DNA of 28,750 nucleotides from an uncultured Verrucomicrobiales bacterium (GCA_938091905.1 CALKOM010000123.1:1-28750), one strand, 5' to 3'. Counted from the first letter of the stretch, positions 1 through 9,107 are shown. Made by a program: numbers and translations. The notes: a model not told the origin generated them from the letters alone.

Positions 1-197
1 TCATAGGCGGCCTGAAGACTCGTTTCTGCGGGAAGCAACTGGGTTAGAAAGACCAGGCAACCTCCCAGCAAGAGGCTCCGAGAGAGGAATGTACGACATC
101 TCATAGCGTGAACGTCTAATTAACAAGGTTTCCTTACCTGATGCATGGGAATTCCCATCACTTGACCAAGAAAGGCATTGGGGGATAGTCGCCTCAG

Positions 198-704
198 ATG
201 CCCGCCTTATTCAAAGTAATTCAAGAAGCCTTTGAGGCGAAGCAGTGGGGCTTCGATGTCGTGCCGGACCGAGAGGTTCTTCAGGCTTCCTTTGAGGCTC
301 ACCACACTCGGGTGCCGATTCATGTGCAGGTCTTCGAGCCCATTGGGGCCATTCATGTCGTGGCGACGTCTCCCTTCTCCTTCGAGTCCTATCATTTGCT
401 GAAACTTTCGGAGCTTCTTATGCGGACTTCAGAAACGCTGACCGTAGGGAATTTCGAACTCGTTTGGGGTCCACGGCAAGCACTCTTCAGAGCGACAAAT
501 CTCTTTGATCGCGCTCAGGAGACCTTTCCTCAGACGATTCTCCACTCGCTGGTCCACACGGCCGTGGCGGAGATGGATCGGATGACCCCGCTCTTTGCTG
601 AACTTCAAAAAGTGGATCCTTCTGGAGTGTTCATGCTCGATATTCCAGAACTCATGCGTCGAGAGGACTGGTTGCCGCCGGTCGATATCCGGGAGGAAGC
701 CTAA
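198..704 (+). CDS. YbjN-like (type III secretion chaperone-like fold) domain protein
   Basis: 168-aa ORF. The pattern 'LSELLMRTSETLTVGNFEL...ALFR...LVHTAVAEMDRMTP' resembles the YbjN/putative sensory transduction regulator family. Recognised by eye only. Confidence 0.55.
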   Translation: MPALFKVIQEAFEAKQWGFDVVPDREVLQASFEAHHTRVPIHVQVFEPIGAIHVVATSPFSFESYHLLKLSELLMRTSETLTVGNFELVWGPRQALFRATNLFDRAQETFPQTILHSLVHTAVAEMDRMTPLFAELQKVDPSGVFMLDIPELMRREDWLPPVDIREEA

Positions 705-716
705 TGAGATCATGGC

Positions 717-1544
717 ATGGCGGAACGCGTCTATAATCTGATCGATGGTGGCCGCAAGTATGGCCCCTTCTCAAAGGAAGAACTAGCAGCGATGTTAGAA
801 AGCGGAGAGATTGTGTTCGCAACGTTGTGTATCCGGGCTGGTGATGGAGAGATTCGCGAGGTGGCGGAACTCTTTGATAAGAGGAAGGAGCCCAAGGAAG
901 AGGAGGTGGAAGATGAAGATTACGAGGATGACTTTGAAGAGGTGGCGTGGGAAGACGGCATTTGGTATGCCGACGAAGACGAAGATGACGATTACACAGA
1001 TGAGCCTGCGGGGGAGGCCGCGCAGGCTGAGTTGGATTCAGACGAGGTCATTTGTAGGTTGCATCCTCACATCTTCGGCTACCCCAAGCTGCTGGGAACG
1101 GTGATTTTATTGGTGGTTGGATCATTGGCGTTGTTAGTGCTGGGGCCGATGATCGGGCTGTCAGACGACTCGCTGTCCATGGGGGGCTTTGGTTTGGCTG
1201 GCCTTACCTTTGGTCTACTTCTGATTCTTCGCTCGTTTGACAATTACTATATCACCCGGTCGAGGGCGGAGATTGTGCAAGGAATGATCGCTAAGAGTTC
1301 CAAGGAGGTGCGGCTCTCTGACATTCGTCGTATTGATGTCGATAAGAGAGGCTTGTTGGGCCTGCTGAATGTGGGTGACGTGAAGCTATCGTCAGCAGGA
1401 ACGGGAGGATTTGATGTGATCTTTGCCTACGTGAAGGCGGGGCACAAACTCAAGAAAGTGTTGAGGCGAGTGCAGAAAGAGCCCACAGCGAGCAAGCGTT
1501 ACCTGTTGCATGGGAAGTCGTGGCTTCGGCGCAGCAAGTCTTAG
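717..1544 (+). CDS. Membrane protein: N-terminal GYF_2-like domain, acidic linker, two TM helices, C-terminal bacterial PH (bPH_2) domain
   Basis: N-terminal 'GRKYGPFSKEELAAMLESGEI' (GYF_2-like), a D/E-rich linker, two hydrophobic segments, then 'YYITRSRAEIVQGMIAKSSKEVRLSDIRRIDVDKRGLLGLLNVGDVKLSSAG' (bPH_2-like). Confidence 0.7.
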   Translation: MAERVYNLIDGGRKYGPFSKEELAAMLESGEIVFATLCIRAGDGEIREVAELFDKRKEPKEEEVEDEDYEDDFEEVAWEDGIWYADEDEDDDYTDEPAGEAAQAELDSDEVICRLHPHIFGYPKLLGTVILLVVGSLALLVLGPMIGLSDDSLSMGGFGLAGLTFGLLLILRSFDNYYITRSRAEIVQGMIAKSSKEVRLSDIRRIDVDKRGLLGLLNVGDVKLSSAGTGGFDVIFAYVKAGHKLKKVLRRVQKEPTASKRYLLHGKSWLRRSKS

Positions 1545-2623
1545 GCTTCGTCGAAGGAGGGCAAGTCTACGGGAATTAGAGTGTGGCCGCACTCGGCTGC
1601 GAGTTCATTGAACTCGTTTATCTCCGCATCGGTGAAGAGGAGACCGCCAGCTTTCTCGGTTCGAGCGGCGCCTTGCGCTTCTATTTGACCGGGAAGCAAG
1701 CAAGCGTCATTTCCGTGCCCTAACACATCTTCGATTACGGCCTTGACGTTGGCGTCACGATCACGTCCCGCCGCGAATTCCCCGCTAGAGATAGCGTCAG
1801 GGTGAATGACTTGAAAATAAAAGGTTGGTGTGCGCTTCTCGCCTTCTGGAATCTCGCGCGAGCGCAAGGTAGGCAGGGATCCTCCTGTGAACGCGCTGTA
1901 GATTTCGTTGATCAAAGAGAGTCCATAGCCTTTGTGATTACCGAATGGGACCAATGCGGAAACTTCGTTAGGATTCGTCGTGTAATTGCCCGAGGCATCT
2001 ACGGCGACGTTTGGCGGTAGGGCCGTCCCTTCACGCTTGAACTGCTGCACCCGCCCCATGGCCATGGTGGAGGTGGCCCAATCCACTACAATTGGGTAGC
2101 CGACGGCGTCTGTGGTCGGGAAACCCCAGCTATGGGGATTTGTGCCGAGGGTTGGGAATTTGCCGCCGAAGGGAACGACTTCAGCAAGTGCGGCCGTGCA
2201 ATTTGTATAAGCGATGTAGCCACGTTTAGCGGCATCGAGGACATAGCCACCGCCCCAGAGGTAGTGGAAGGCATTGTCGACGCTGATCTGTGCGATGCCA
2301 TACTCATCGGCAAGTTTGATGCAGCGTTCCATGGCCGCGAAGCCTACGGACGGGCCCAGCTTGCGATTAGCATCCCAGACTTCGCTTGCTGGGAATCTGC
2401 TAGGAAGCTTGTCGATGTCTGCCCCTGGCACGCAGCCACCCGCACGACTGCCAAAGTGGTCATCGAGGTGGATGGCTTTGAGGGCATTGTGTGTACGGAT
2501 GCCGTGGCGTGCCGTCATCTCGCAGAAGCGTGCGGCATCATCGCTCTCTGCTTCCGTGTAGCCACGGAACTGGTAGGCGGCTTTGACGAGAGACTGATGA
2601 GTTTGAAAGGGTACAATGCGCAT
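1541..2623 (-). CDS. Ldh_2 family (malate/L-lactate/sulfolactate/2,3-diketo-gulonate-type) NAD(P)-dependent oxidoreductase
   Basis: 360 aa with family motifs 'HGIRTH', 'GTNPHSWG', 'DWATS', 'GNHKGYGL' and C-terminal 'LLPGQIE'. Confidence 0.85.
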   Translation of the reverse strand: MRIVPFQTHQSLVKAAYQFRGYTEAESDDAARFCEMTARHGIRTHNALKAIHLDDHFGSRAGGCVPGADIDKLPSRFPASEVWDANRKLGPSVGFAAMERCIKLADEYGIAQISVDNAFHYLWGGGYVLDAAKRGYIAYTNCTAALAEVVPFGGKFPTLGTNPHSWGFPTTDAVGYPIVVDWATSTMAMGRVQQFKREGTALPPNVAVDASGNYTTNPNEVSALVPFGNHKGYGLSLINEIYSAFTGGSLPTLRSREIPEGEKRTPTFYFQVIHPDAISSGEFAAGRDRDANVKAVIEDVLGHGNDACLLPGQIEAQGAARTEKAGGLLFTDAEINEFNELAAECGHTLIPVDLPSFDEA

Positions 2624-2629
2624 GCTTGG

Positions 2630-2658
2630 ACAATTTCATTCAATGCCTGAGCTGTCTA
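2630..2658 (-). promoter_or_regulatory. Candidate sigma70 promoter for the Ldh_2 gene (leaderless geometry)
   Basis: Minus strand TAGACA-N17-AATTGT with an extended -10 TGn; the -10 ends 6 nt before the ATG at 2623. Confidence 0.4.
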
Positions 2659-2742
2659 TCGCGAATCTTGAGGGAGGCTCGGTAGATGTTAGAGAACAAT
2701 CTGAACTCGACATTTGCCCGGATACGTCCCACTGAATAGGGT

Positions 2743-3780
2743 ATGGAGAGTACCCCTCTACGAGCAAGTGTCATTGGCAGCTACCCATTCCCAGGTTGGC
2801 TAGAGCATTCTAGTCAGCATTTGGACGCCTTTGGGAGTGCCGATATTCACGAGATGCAGGAGGATGCGACGGTGGCGGCCATTCATGACCAGGCACGTAG
2901 TGGTCTGGATGTGATTACTGACGGTGAGCAGGGGCGTTTTGATTTTAACTTGTCGTTCTATGGGTTCTTACAGGGAATCGATCTTGAAGCGGCTCCGCCG
3001 AGGCGATTCGGCCCCCCGGCTCATGATCAGCGAGGTAAGCATCCTATCGTCGGTGACTTGCTTGCGCCAAATGGCCTTGGATGTGTGGAGGAGTTTGAGC
3101 GTTTGCAGGCCCTCGCGCCTGAAGGACCTGCTCTAAAAGTGAGCATTCCAGGACCGTTTACGTTGAGTGGCCGACTGGCGCCTAACAAGCAGTATGCAGA
3201 TCGCTACGCGATCACGGAAGCGCTGCTTCCCCTTGTTCGGAAAGAGATCGAGGATCTGGTTGTGGCAGGATGCCAAGAAATCTGCGTGGATGAGCCGTCC
3301 ATGAGTTGCTATGCCTACAAGGAGGATCTCAAGCGCTTTGTTGACATCTTCAACCGCACGATCGAGCCGGCAGTGGGTAAGGCGCGATTGGACATGCACA
3401 TGTGCTTTGGTAATTTCAAAGGTCGTGGTGTCGGAAAGCGCATGATTCGGGTCATGTTTCCAGACTTTCTCGAGTTGAAGGTGAACGAGATGCACATTGA
3501 GATGACCACCACTGCTTTTAAGGATCTTGATGTGATTGAGCAAGTTTCCAAGAAGATGGATGCGGCTGTGGGGATCATTGACGTGAAAAGTTACTACATC
3601 GAATCTCCAGAGGATGTGGCCGATCGAGTACGGGCCTGTTTGCAATACGCTCCAGCTGAGAAGTTGGTCTTTGCACCTGACTGTGGTCTGAGTCAGACCG
3701 CCCGTTGGGCGGCGCGGAAGAAGTTGGCGAACATGGTGAAGGGCATTGGCATTGTGAAGAAGGAATTAGGACTGTGCTAA
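2743..3780 (+). CDS. Cobalamin-independent methionine synthase II family protein (stand-alone MetE C-terminal-like Zn-thiol-activating barrel)
   Basis: 345 aa with 'VIGSYP', 'GLDVITDGEQGR', 'IPGPFTL', 'VDEP', Zn ligands 'HMC' plus 'APDCGL', and 'KKLANMV'. There is no N-terminal MetE barrel. Confidence 0.85.
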   Translation: MESTPLRASVIGSYPFPGWLEHSSQHLDAFGSADIHEMQEDATVAAIHDQARSGLDVITDGEQGRFDFNLSFYGFLQGIDLEAAPPRRFGPPAHDQRGKHPIVGDLLAPNGLGCVEEFERLQALAPEGPALKVSIPGPFTLSGRLAPNKQYADRYAITEALLPLVRKEIEDLVVAGCQEICVDEPSMSCYAYKEDLKRFVDIFNRTIEPAVGKARLDMHMCFGNFKGRGVGKRMIRVMFPDFLELKVNEMHIEMTTTAFKDLDVIEQVSKKMDAAVGIIDVKSYYIESPEDVADRVRACLQYAPAEKLVFAPDCGLSQTARWAARKKLANMVKGIGIVKKELGLC

Positions 3781-4634
3781 AACCAGCGTTCCAGAAAGGC
3801 GATGCCTTGTTACAGGACATTGACTCACACTACAACGACGGCGATGGGTTTGGTGTGTGGTGGTTTGGTCAGAGTGGCTTCCTGATCAAGTATCGTGGGC
3901 ACCAACTGCTGTTTGATCCTTATCTCTCGGATTCACTGACCAAGAAATATGCGGAGACCGACAAGCCACATGTGCGAGTGTCAGAAAGAGTGATCGATCC
4001 GGCTTCTCTGACTGGGATCGAGGTCGTCACCTCGAGTCACAACCACACAGATCATCTCGATGCTGACACCTTGGTGCCGCTTTCTTGGGCAAATCCTGGG
4101 ATGACTCTGGTCCTGCCGGAAGCGAACATGGACTTTGCACGTGATCGCCTTAATGAGGGCGTGCCTGAGATGGCAGGGTTGAATGATGGTACACACGTGG
4201 ATCGCGGTGTCTTCCGGATCTCAGGGGTGGCAGCCGCACACAACACGATCGAGTTGGACGGCTCGGGGCGATGCAGGTTTGTCGGGTTCGCGGTCGACTT
4301 CGGACCCTGGACGGTCTTTCACAGTGGCGACACTCTATGGCACTCTGGCTTGGTGGAGGCATTACTACTTCATAAGCCGAACGTGGCGTTGCTTCCGATC
4401 AATGGAAACAAGCCGGAACGACGGGTGGCGGGCAACTTGAACCAACAGGAAGCAGCTGCGCTTGCTCGCGCTGGGAATGTCGCCTGTGTGATTCCCTGCC
4501 ACTATGATATGTTCGAATTCAATACTGCAGACCCTGCAGATTTTGTTGAGGCCTGTGATTCGCTGCAACAGGGGCATTGCGTGCTTCGGGCTGGTGAGCG
4601 CTGGGATTCTCCAAGGGGTGACTTAGGAGTCTAG
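3774..4634 (+). CDS. MBL-fold metallo-hydrolase, UlaG (L-ascorbate-6-P lactonase)-like
   Basis: Motifs 'WWFGQSGF', 'DPYLS', 'SHNHTDHLD' (HxHxDH), 'HSGDT', 'LLPING', 'PCHYDMF'. Start moved from 3705 to the GTG at 3774, which overlaps the upstream stop and follows AAGGAATTAGG. Confidence 0.85.
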   Translation: MLKPAFQKGDALLQDIDSHYNDGDGFGVWWFGQSGFLIKYRGHQLLFDPYLSDSLTKKYAETDKPHVRVSERVIDPASLTGIEVVTSSHNHTDHLDADTLVPLSWANPGMTLVLPEANMDFARDRLNEGVPEMAGLNDGTHVDRGVFRISGVAAAHNTIELDGSGRCRFVGFAVDFGPWTVFHSGDTLWHSGLVEALLLHKPNVALLPINGNKPERRVAGNLNQQEAAALARAGNVACVIPCHYDMFEFNTADPADFVEACDSLQQGHCVLRAGERWDSPRGDLGV

Positions 4635-4831
4635 CAACTGATCGGAGAGAATTGCAGAATTGGGGAATGGTTTTCGCCAGTTATGCAAATACTAGAAATC
4701 ACATCCACGTGGGCTCTCGTAAATACGTTTTGCTCGAATCATTATTTCTATTCTGATGAGTGGCTTTGCTTGACTGCATGTGGAAATTCGCTCTCAATCT
4801 TGAGAACATCTCTCTAATCCTCACCTATCGC

Positions 4832-5620
4832 ATGATAATGCTTACCAAGAAGCTTCTTGCCTCGCTCGCTGTCACTTCACTTGCCATGTCTGGCTTGAGC
4901 CAGGGTGCGATTGTCCTGTTCATCGATGACTTTAAGGACGCTATTGGGAACAACGGGGAGGGCGAATTCATTTTCTTTGATTCGGCCAACAGACAAGCCT
5001 TCTTCGTCAGTGATGCGGACCCAAGTGATATGGCGACGGTGGCTCAAACGACACCAGCAGGAACGTCGCGGACAGCGCTGGCTACAGCTACCACAGGAGT
5101 AGGAGGCGTTGTTGTAGGGGGCTTTGCGACGTTCCAATCTGGAGGCCTGGGAGGATTGATTATCCAGGTGAATGACGGCAGTCCTAGTGATACGGCGAAC
5201 TTGTCGTTTGAGTATGATTTCACGCCTGTCCTTGATGCGACCTCTGGCGGTTTGCTCGATACGGTAGAGATTGAAATTGGGTCTACGGACTGGAACGCGG
5301 CGAAAGGGACCTTTTCAGTCGATTTTGTTGATGCTGGGACTGGTGATTTCGCAACCTGGTTGTTTACGCCGGACACTCCGGGGCAGGTGGAGAGTGCCTT
5401 GCTTAGCAGCTTGCCACTGACTCCCGCAGTGGCAATGACTGTACCCTCCGTCGATTTCTCCAATATTTCTGATGTTACGTTTCGTGTCGAAAGCGCCTAC
5501 GATCTTGACATTGCCATGCGGGGCTTCGGTCTCAGTGGCCCTCCTGTTCCTGAGCCAAGCTCAGCACTGTTGGCTCTCATTGGCAGCGGAGTCCTCATTG
5601 CTCGTCGACGCCGGGTCTAG
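4832..5620 (+). CDS. PEP-CTERM sorting-domain protein (secreted, exosortase substrate)
   Basis: Signal peptide 'MLTKKLLASLAVTSLAMSGLSQGA' and C-terminal 'VPEPSSALLALIGSGVLIARRRRV'. Start is ATG 4832 or 4838. Confidence 0.92.
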   Translation: MIMLTKKLLASLAVTSLAMSGLSQGAIVLFIDDFKDAIGNNGEGEFIFFDSANRQAFFVSDADPSDMATVAQTTPAGTSRTALATATTGVGGVVVGGFATFQSGGLGGLIIQVNDGSPSDTANLSFEYDFTPVLDATSGGLLDTVEIEIGSTDWNAAKGTFSVDFVDAGTGDFATWLFTPDTPGQVESALLSSLPLTPAVAMTVPSVDFSNISDVTFRVESAYDLDIAMRGFGLSGPPVPEPSSALLALIGSGVLIARRRRV

Positions 5621-5642
5621 GACGGCGGAGTAATGAATATAA

Positions 5643-5685
5643 TAAGCGGCGAGTTCCTACAGGTGTTCGCCGTTTGTCGTTTCTT
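5643..5685 (+). terminator. Probable intrinsic terminator after the PEP-CTERM gene
   Basis: Stem AAGCGGCGAG...TTCGCCGTTT (with G-U pairs) followed by T-rich GTCGTTTCTT. Confidence 0.55.
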
Positions 5686-5711
5686 GGCCTCGAGTTGACT
5701 AATGTGGACTT

Positions 5712-6647
5712 TTGAGTCGCTTATTTAGGGTGAATCCTGTCGTTCTTCCGCTCGCGTGTGTCTTATGGCTCAACATGGCGGTTTTGTTTGCCCACCACGA
5801 TCCTGCTTCCCAAGCTGTGACCATCACCGCTAAAATTCAAGCGAACGGGGCTACGGTCGCCCTTTTATGTGAGCGTGCTCAGCTATGGCGAACCCTAGGT
5901 AAGCCACATCTAGCGATTCAAGACTATCGAGACGCGGTTGCCCTGGAACCCAAGTCCGTGTCTATGCGGCTCAAACTCGCGCAAACCTGCTATGCGGACA
6001 ATGAACTGAAAGCGGCGTTTCAGGTGACGGAAGATGCTCTTTCGATGTCTCCGCAGCCTGGTGAAAAGGCTTCTCTTCTCATGCTGCGCGCATCGATCTA
6101 TCTGGTCTGGAAAAGTTACAAGAAAGCGGCGGAAGAAGCTGAGGCGGCGTTTGCTTCTGTTCCTCAACATGGGCGGATCGAGTGGTATCTGCAACGGTCC
6201 TATGCCCAGCGTATGGCAGGGCAGTTTGAAATTTGTGCGCAGGGATTGCATGAAGGTTATGTGTCGACAGGGAGTGCCGTGCTTTACACCCAGTGGGTGG
6301 ATACGCTGATCGATGCAAAGGCTCCGCGCGAGGCGTTGGCAGAGATTGAGAAACAACTCGAAGGACTCAGATTCAGTGCTTCTTGGAGAATCCGTAAAGC
6401 TTTAGCTTTGCGGGCCTTAGATCGGGCGGAAGAGGCTACCGTGGAGCTTAAACGGGCGATGATTGAGCTGGACTCACGCATCCGTCCAGATGCCGAGTAT
6501 CCAGACATCACGCTACTGGTTGACCGGGGCATGGCCCATTTCGTCATGGGCAATCGCAAGGCGGCCCGTCGCGACTACGACCGTGCGAAAGCTGCAGGAG
6601 CGTTGGGCTGGATGCACTGGCGCTTGACCAGGGCGTTTGGCTCCTGA
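5712..6647 (+). CDS. Secreted tetratricopeptide-repeat protein
   Basis: Hydrophobic N-terminus ending '...VLFA-HHD'; TPR-like helices 'LLCERAQLWRTLGKPHLAIQDYRDAVALEP' and 'LLVDRGMAHFVMGNRKAARRDYDRA'. The start may be GTG 5730. Confidence 0.7.
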   Translation: MSRLFRVNPVVLPLACVLWLNMAVLFAHHDPASQAVTITAKIQANGATVALLCERAQLWRTLGKPHLAIQDYRDAVALEPKSVSMRLKLAQTCYADNELKAAFQVTEDALSMSPQPGEKASLLMLRASIYLVWKSYKKAAEEAEAAFASVPQHGRIEWYLQRSYAQRMAGQFEICAQGLHEGYVSTGSAVLYTQWVDTLIDAKAPREALAEIEKQLEGLRFSASWRIRKALALRALDRAEEATVELKRAMIELDSRIRPDAEYPDITLLVDRGMAHFVMGNRKAARRDYDRAKAAGALGWMHWRLTRAFGS

Positions 6648-6719
6648 TCGATATGATTCCATGTTGACCATTGCCTTAAGGGCCGGCATATCGGAGTGCG
6701 CTTGGGTGCAGTTCTTGCT

Positions 6720-8408
6720 ATGAAAGGTTACGCTATTGGTATTGACTATGGGACAAATTCTTGTCGATCCCTTCTCGTCGATCTGTCCGATGGTCGTGAA
6801 CTGGGTTCAAAGGTCTTTCCCTATCCCTCAGGTGAGGCTGGGATCTTGACAGATCCTGCGGATCCCAATGTGGCTCGCCAGAATCCTCAAGACTACATCG
6901 ACGGTCTTGTCGATACTATTACGGGGGCTATTTCACAGGCTAAGGCTGCGGACTCCAACTTTAACGTCGAGAAAGTCGTTGGGATTGGTGTCGATACTAC
7001 CGGCAGTACCGTCATTCCTGTGGATGCCAGTGGCACTCCTTTGGCGTTGGACAAGAAATTCCAGGGAAATCTCAATGCGCATGTCTGGTTGTGGAAGGAT
7101 CACACCGCTCACGCAGAGGCGGCTGCCATCACCGAGAAGGCGGCGGAACTTCGCCCAGAGTATTTGGCAAAGTGTGGGGGGACCTATTCTTCGGAGTGGT
7201 GGTGGAGCAAGATTTGGCGGTTACAGAAGATTGACCCAGAGGTCTTTGTTGCGGCGCATAGTTTCGTTGAACACTGTGATTACATACCGGCGTTACTCAC
7301 GGGAAATACCGACCCCGGGGCGTTGAAGCGCGGAGTATGTTCGGCTGGGCACAAGGCAATGTACAATGCAGGGTGGGGTGGTTTGCCTGACAAAGAGTTC
7401 CTAACAAAGCTTGATCCTGCCCTGGCGGATTTGCGAGATCGCTTGTTTGATGTTGCCGTGCCAGCGAATCAGTTGGCTGGAGGGTTGACTGAGAAATGGG
7501 CGTCTAAGTTAGGACTCAAGCCTGGGACTGCGGTGGCTGTAGGTGCCTTTGACGCGCACATGGGAGCCGTTGGCGCGGGAATCAAGGAAGGCACCTTGGT
7601 GAAGATATTAGGAACCAGCACTTGTGATTGCATGGTAACCCCTAACAAGAGGGAGCTGCCAGACATTCCTGGGCTCTGTGGCATTGTGGATGGATCCATT
7701 CTCCCCGGTTATTATGGTTTGGAGGCAGGACAGTCAGCAGTGGGGGACATCTTTTTGTGGTTCGTCAACAATTTCGTTCCCGATAGCTACGGGGAGACGA
7801 TCGATGAGAAGTTTGCCAACATGGAAGCGAAGCTTTCCGCCATGAAACCAGGGGCGACCGGCTTGCTAGCCCTCGATTGGAATAATGGCAATCGGACGAT
7901 TCTTGTCGATGTTCAGCTGAGTGGACTCATTCTGGGGCAAACTCTGCACACGGAGGCTCACGAAATTTATCGAGCTCTCATTGAAGCCACGGCGTTCGGC
8001 GCTCTTACGATCATCAAGCGTATTGAAGACTACGGTGTGCCCGTAAATGAAGTGATCAACACGGGAGGGTTAGCAGTCAAGAATGAGACGCTCATGCAGA
8101 TCTACGCGGACATTCTTGGAAAGCCTCTCAAGGTCTCCGCAAGTGAGCAAACGTGTGCTCTGGGAGCGGCCCTGTTTGGTGCAGCGGCTAGTGGGCGCCT
8201 CACTTTGGAAGATGCGCAAGCGAAGTGCTGCCAGGTGCGGGAGCGTGTCTATGAACCCATCTCTGAGAATCAGGTGATTTACGAGCGACTCTACGCCCTT
8301 TATCGGACTCTCCATGACGCCTTCGGGACAAGTGGATGGGACGGCAGGCTTGATCGAGTGATGAAGGATCTCATTGCTATCCGCGCCGAAACCCGCTTGT
8401 CTTCGTAG
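6720..8408 (+). CDS. araB: Ribulokinase (FGGY family)
   Basis: 'IGIDYGTNS', 'ARQNPQDY', 'GIGVDTTGST', 'LWKDHTA', 'YSSEWWWSK', 'GAFDAHMGAVG', 'GTSTC', 'EAGQSAVGD', 'LDWNNGNR'. ATG 6720 is preferred over GTG 6696. Confidence 0.92.
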   Translation: MKGYAIGIDYGTNSCRSLLVDLSDGRELGSKVFPYPSGEAGILTDPADPNVARQNPQDYIDGLVDTITGAISQAKAADSNFNVEKVVGIGVDTTGSTVIPVDASGTPLALDKKFQGNLNAHVWLWKDHTAHAEAAAITEKAAELRPEYLAKCGGTYSSEWWWSKIWRLQKIDPEVFVAAHSFVEHCDYIPALLTGNTDPGALKRGVCSAGHKAMYNAGWGGLPDKEFLTKLDPALADLRDRLFDVAVPANQLAGGLTEKWASKLGLKPGTAVAVGAFDAHMGAVGAGIKEGTLVKILGTSTCDCMVTPNKRELPDIPGLCGIVDGSILPGYYGLEAGQSAVGDIFLWFVNNFVPDSYGETIDEKFANMEAKLSAMKPGATGLLALDWNNGNRTILVDVQLSGLILGQTLHTEAHEIYRALIEATAFGALTIIKRIEDYGVPVNEVINTGGLAVKNETLMQIYADILGKPLKVSASEQTCALGAALFGAAASGRLTLEDAQAKCCQVRERVYEPISENQVIYERLYALYRTLHDAFGTSGWDGRLDRVMKDLIAIRAETRLSS

Positions 8409-8417
8409 GTGAGGGCT

Positions 8418-9107
8418 ATGTTAGAATCGCTTAAACTGGCCGTTGTTGAGGCGAATAAGCTTTTGGAAACGTCGGGGCTTGTTCGGCTTACTTGGGGGAA
8501 TGTGAGTGAGATTGACCGTGCCTCCGGTATCTTTGGGATTAAGCCAAGCGGTGTCGCCTACTCGGACCTCACTCCTTCTGACATTGTGCTTGTCAGTCTT
8601 GAGGGGGAGCAGGTTGAAGGAGATCTAAAGCCGTCTTCAGATACCAAAACGCATCTGGAGCTCTACCGTGCTTTTCAAGATATTGGCGGTGTGACGCACA
8701 CACACAGCGTCTATGCGACGGCATTTTCACAAGCTGGACGAGAATTGCCCTGCCTTGGAACGACTCATGCCGATCATTTTTTTGGAGCCGTTCCCGTATG
8801 TCGAGCTCTAACGCCCGATGAAGTGGCCGAGGACTATGAGGCCAACACAGGTAAGGCCATTGTGGAGTCTTTTGAAGGAATCAATCCGATGGAGATGCCA
8901 GCTGTGCTCCAACACTTTCATGCGCCTTTCACCTGGGGGAAGAGTGGCATGGACTCTGTTAAAAATAGCATTGCGCTCGAAACATGTGCCCAAATGGCCT
9001 TGGGAACACTTCAATTGGCCCCTTCGTTAGAAGCTATTCCTGATCACATCCTTAATAAACACTACCAACGCAAACACGGGCCAGATGCCTATTATGGCCA
9101 GCGATAG
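8418..9107 (+). CDS. araD: L-ribulose-5-phosphate 4-epimerase (class II aldolase family)
   Basis: 'TWGNVS', 'IKPSGV', 'KPSSDTKTH', 'HTHS', 'GTTHADHF', C-terminal 'KHYQRKHGPDAYYGQ'; directly downstream of araB. Confidence 0.93.
   Translation: MLESLKLAVVEANKLLETSGLVRLTWGNVSEIDRASGIFGIKPSGVAYSDLTPSDIVLVSLEGEQVEGDLKPSSDTKTHLELYRAFQDIGGVTHTHSVYATAFSQAGRELPCLGTTHADHFFGAVPVCRALTPDEVAEDYEANTGKAIVESFEGINPMEMPAVLQHFHAPFTWGKSGMDSVKNSIALETCAQMALGTLQLAPSLEAIPDHILNKHYQRKHGPDAYYGQR

Noticed and set aside
1..4. CAT at 2-4 as the start codon of a divergent gene
   Set aside because: No coding sequence is visible within the window to support it.
2714..2742. TTGCCC-N17-TAGGGT as the promoter of the MetE-like gene
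   Set aside because: The -10 would abut the ATG with no spacing, putting the TSS inside the coding region.
3705..3773. N-terminal extension of the MBL ORF given in the ORF track
   Set aside because: It overlaps the MetE-like gene by 76 nt; GTG 3774 gives a normal coupled start.
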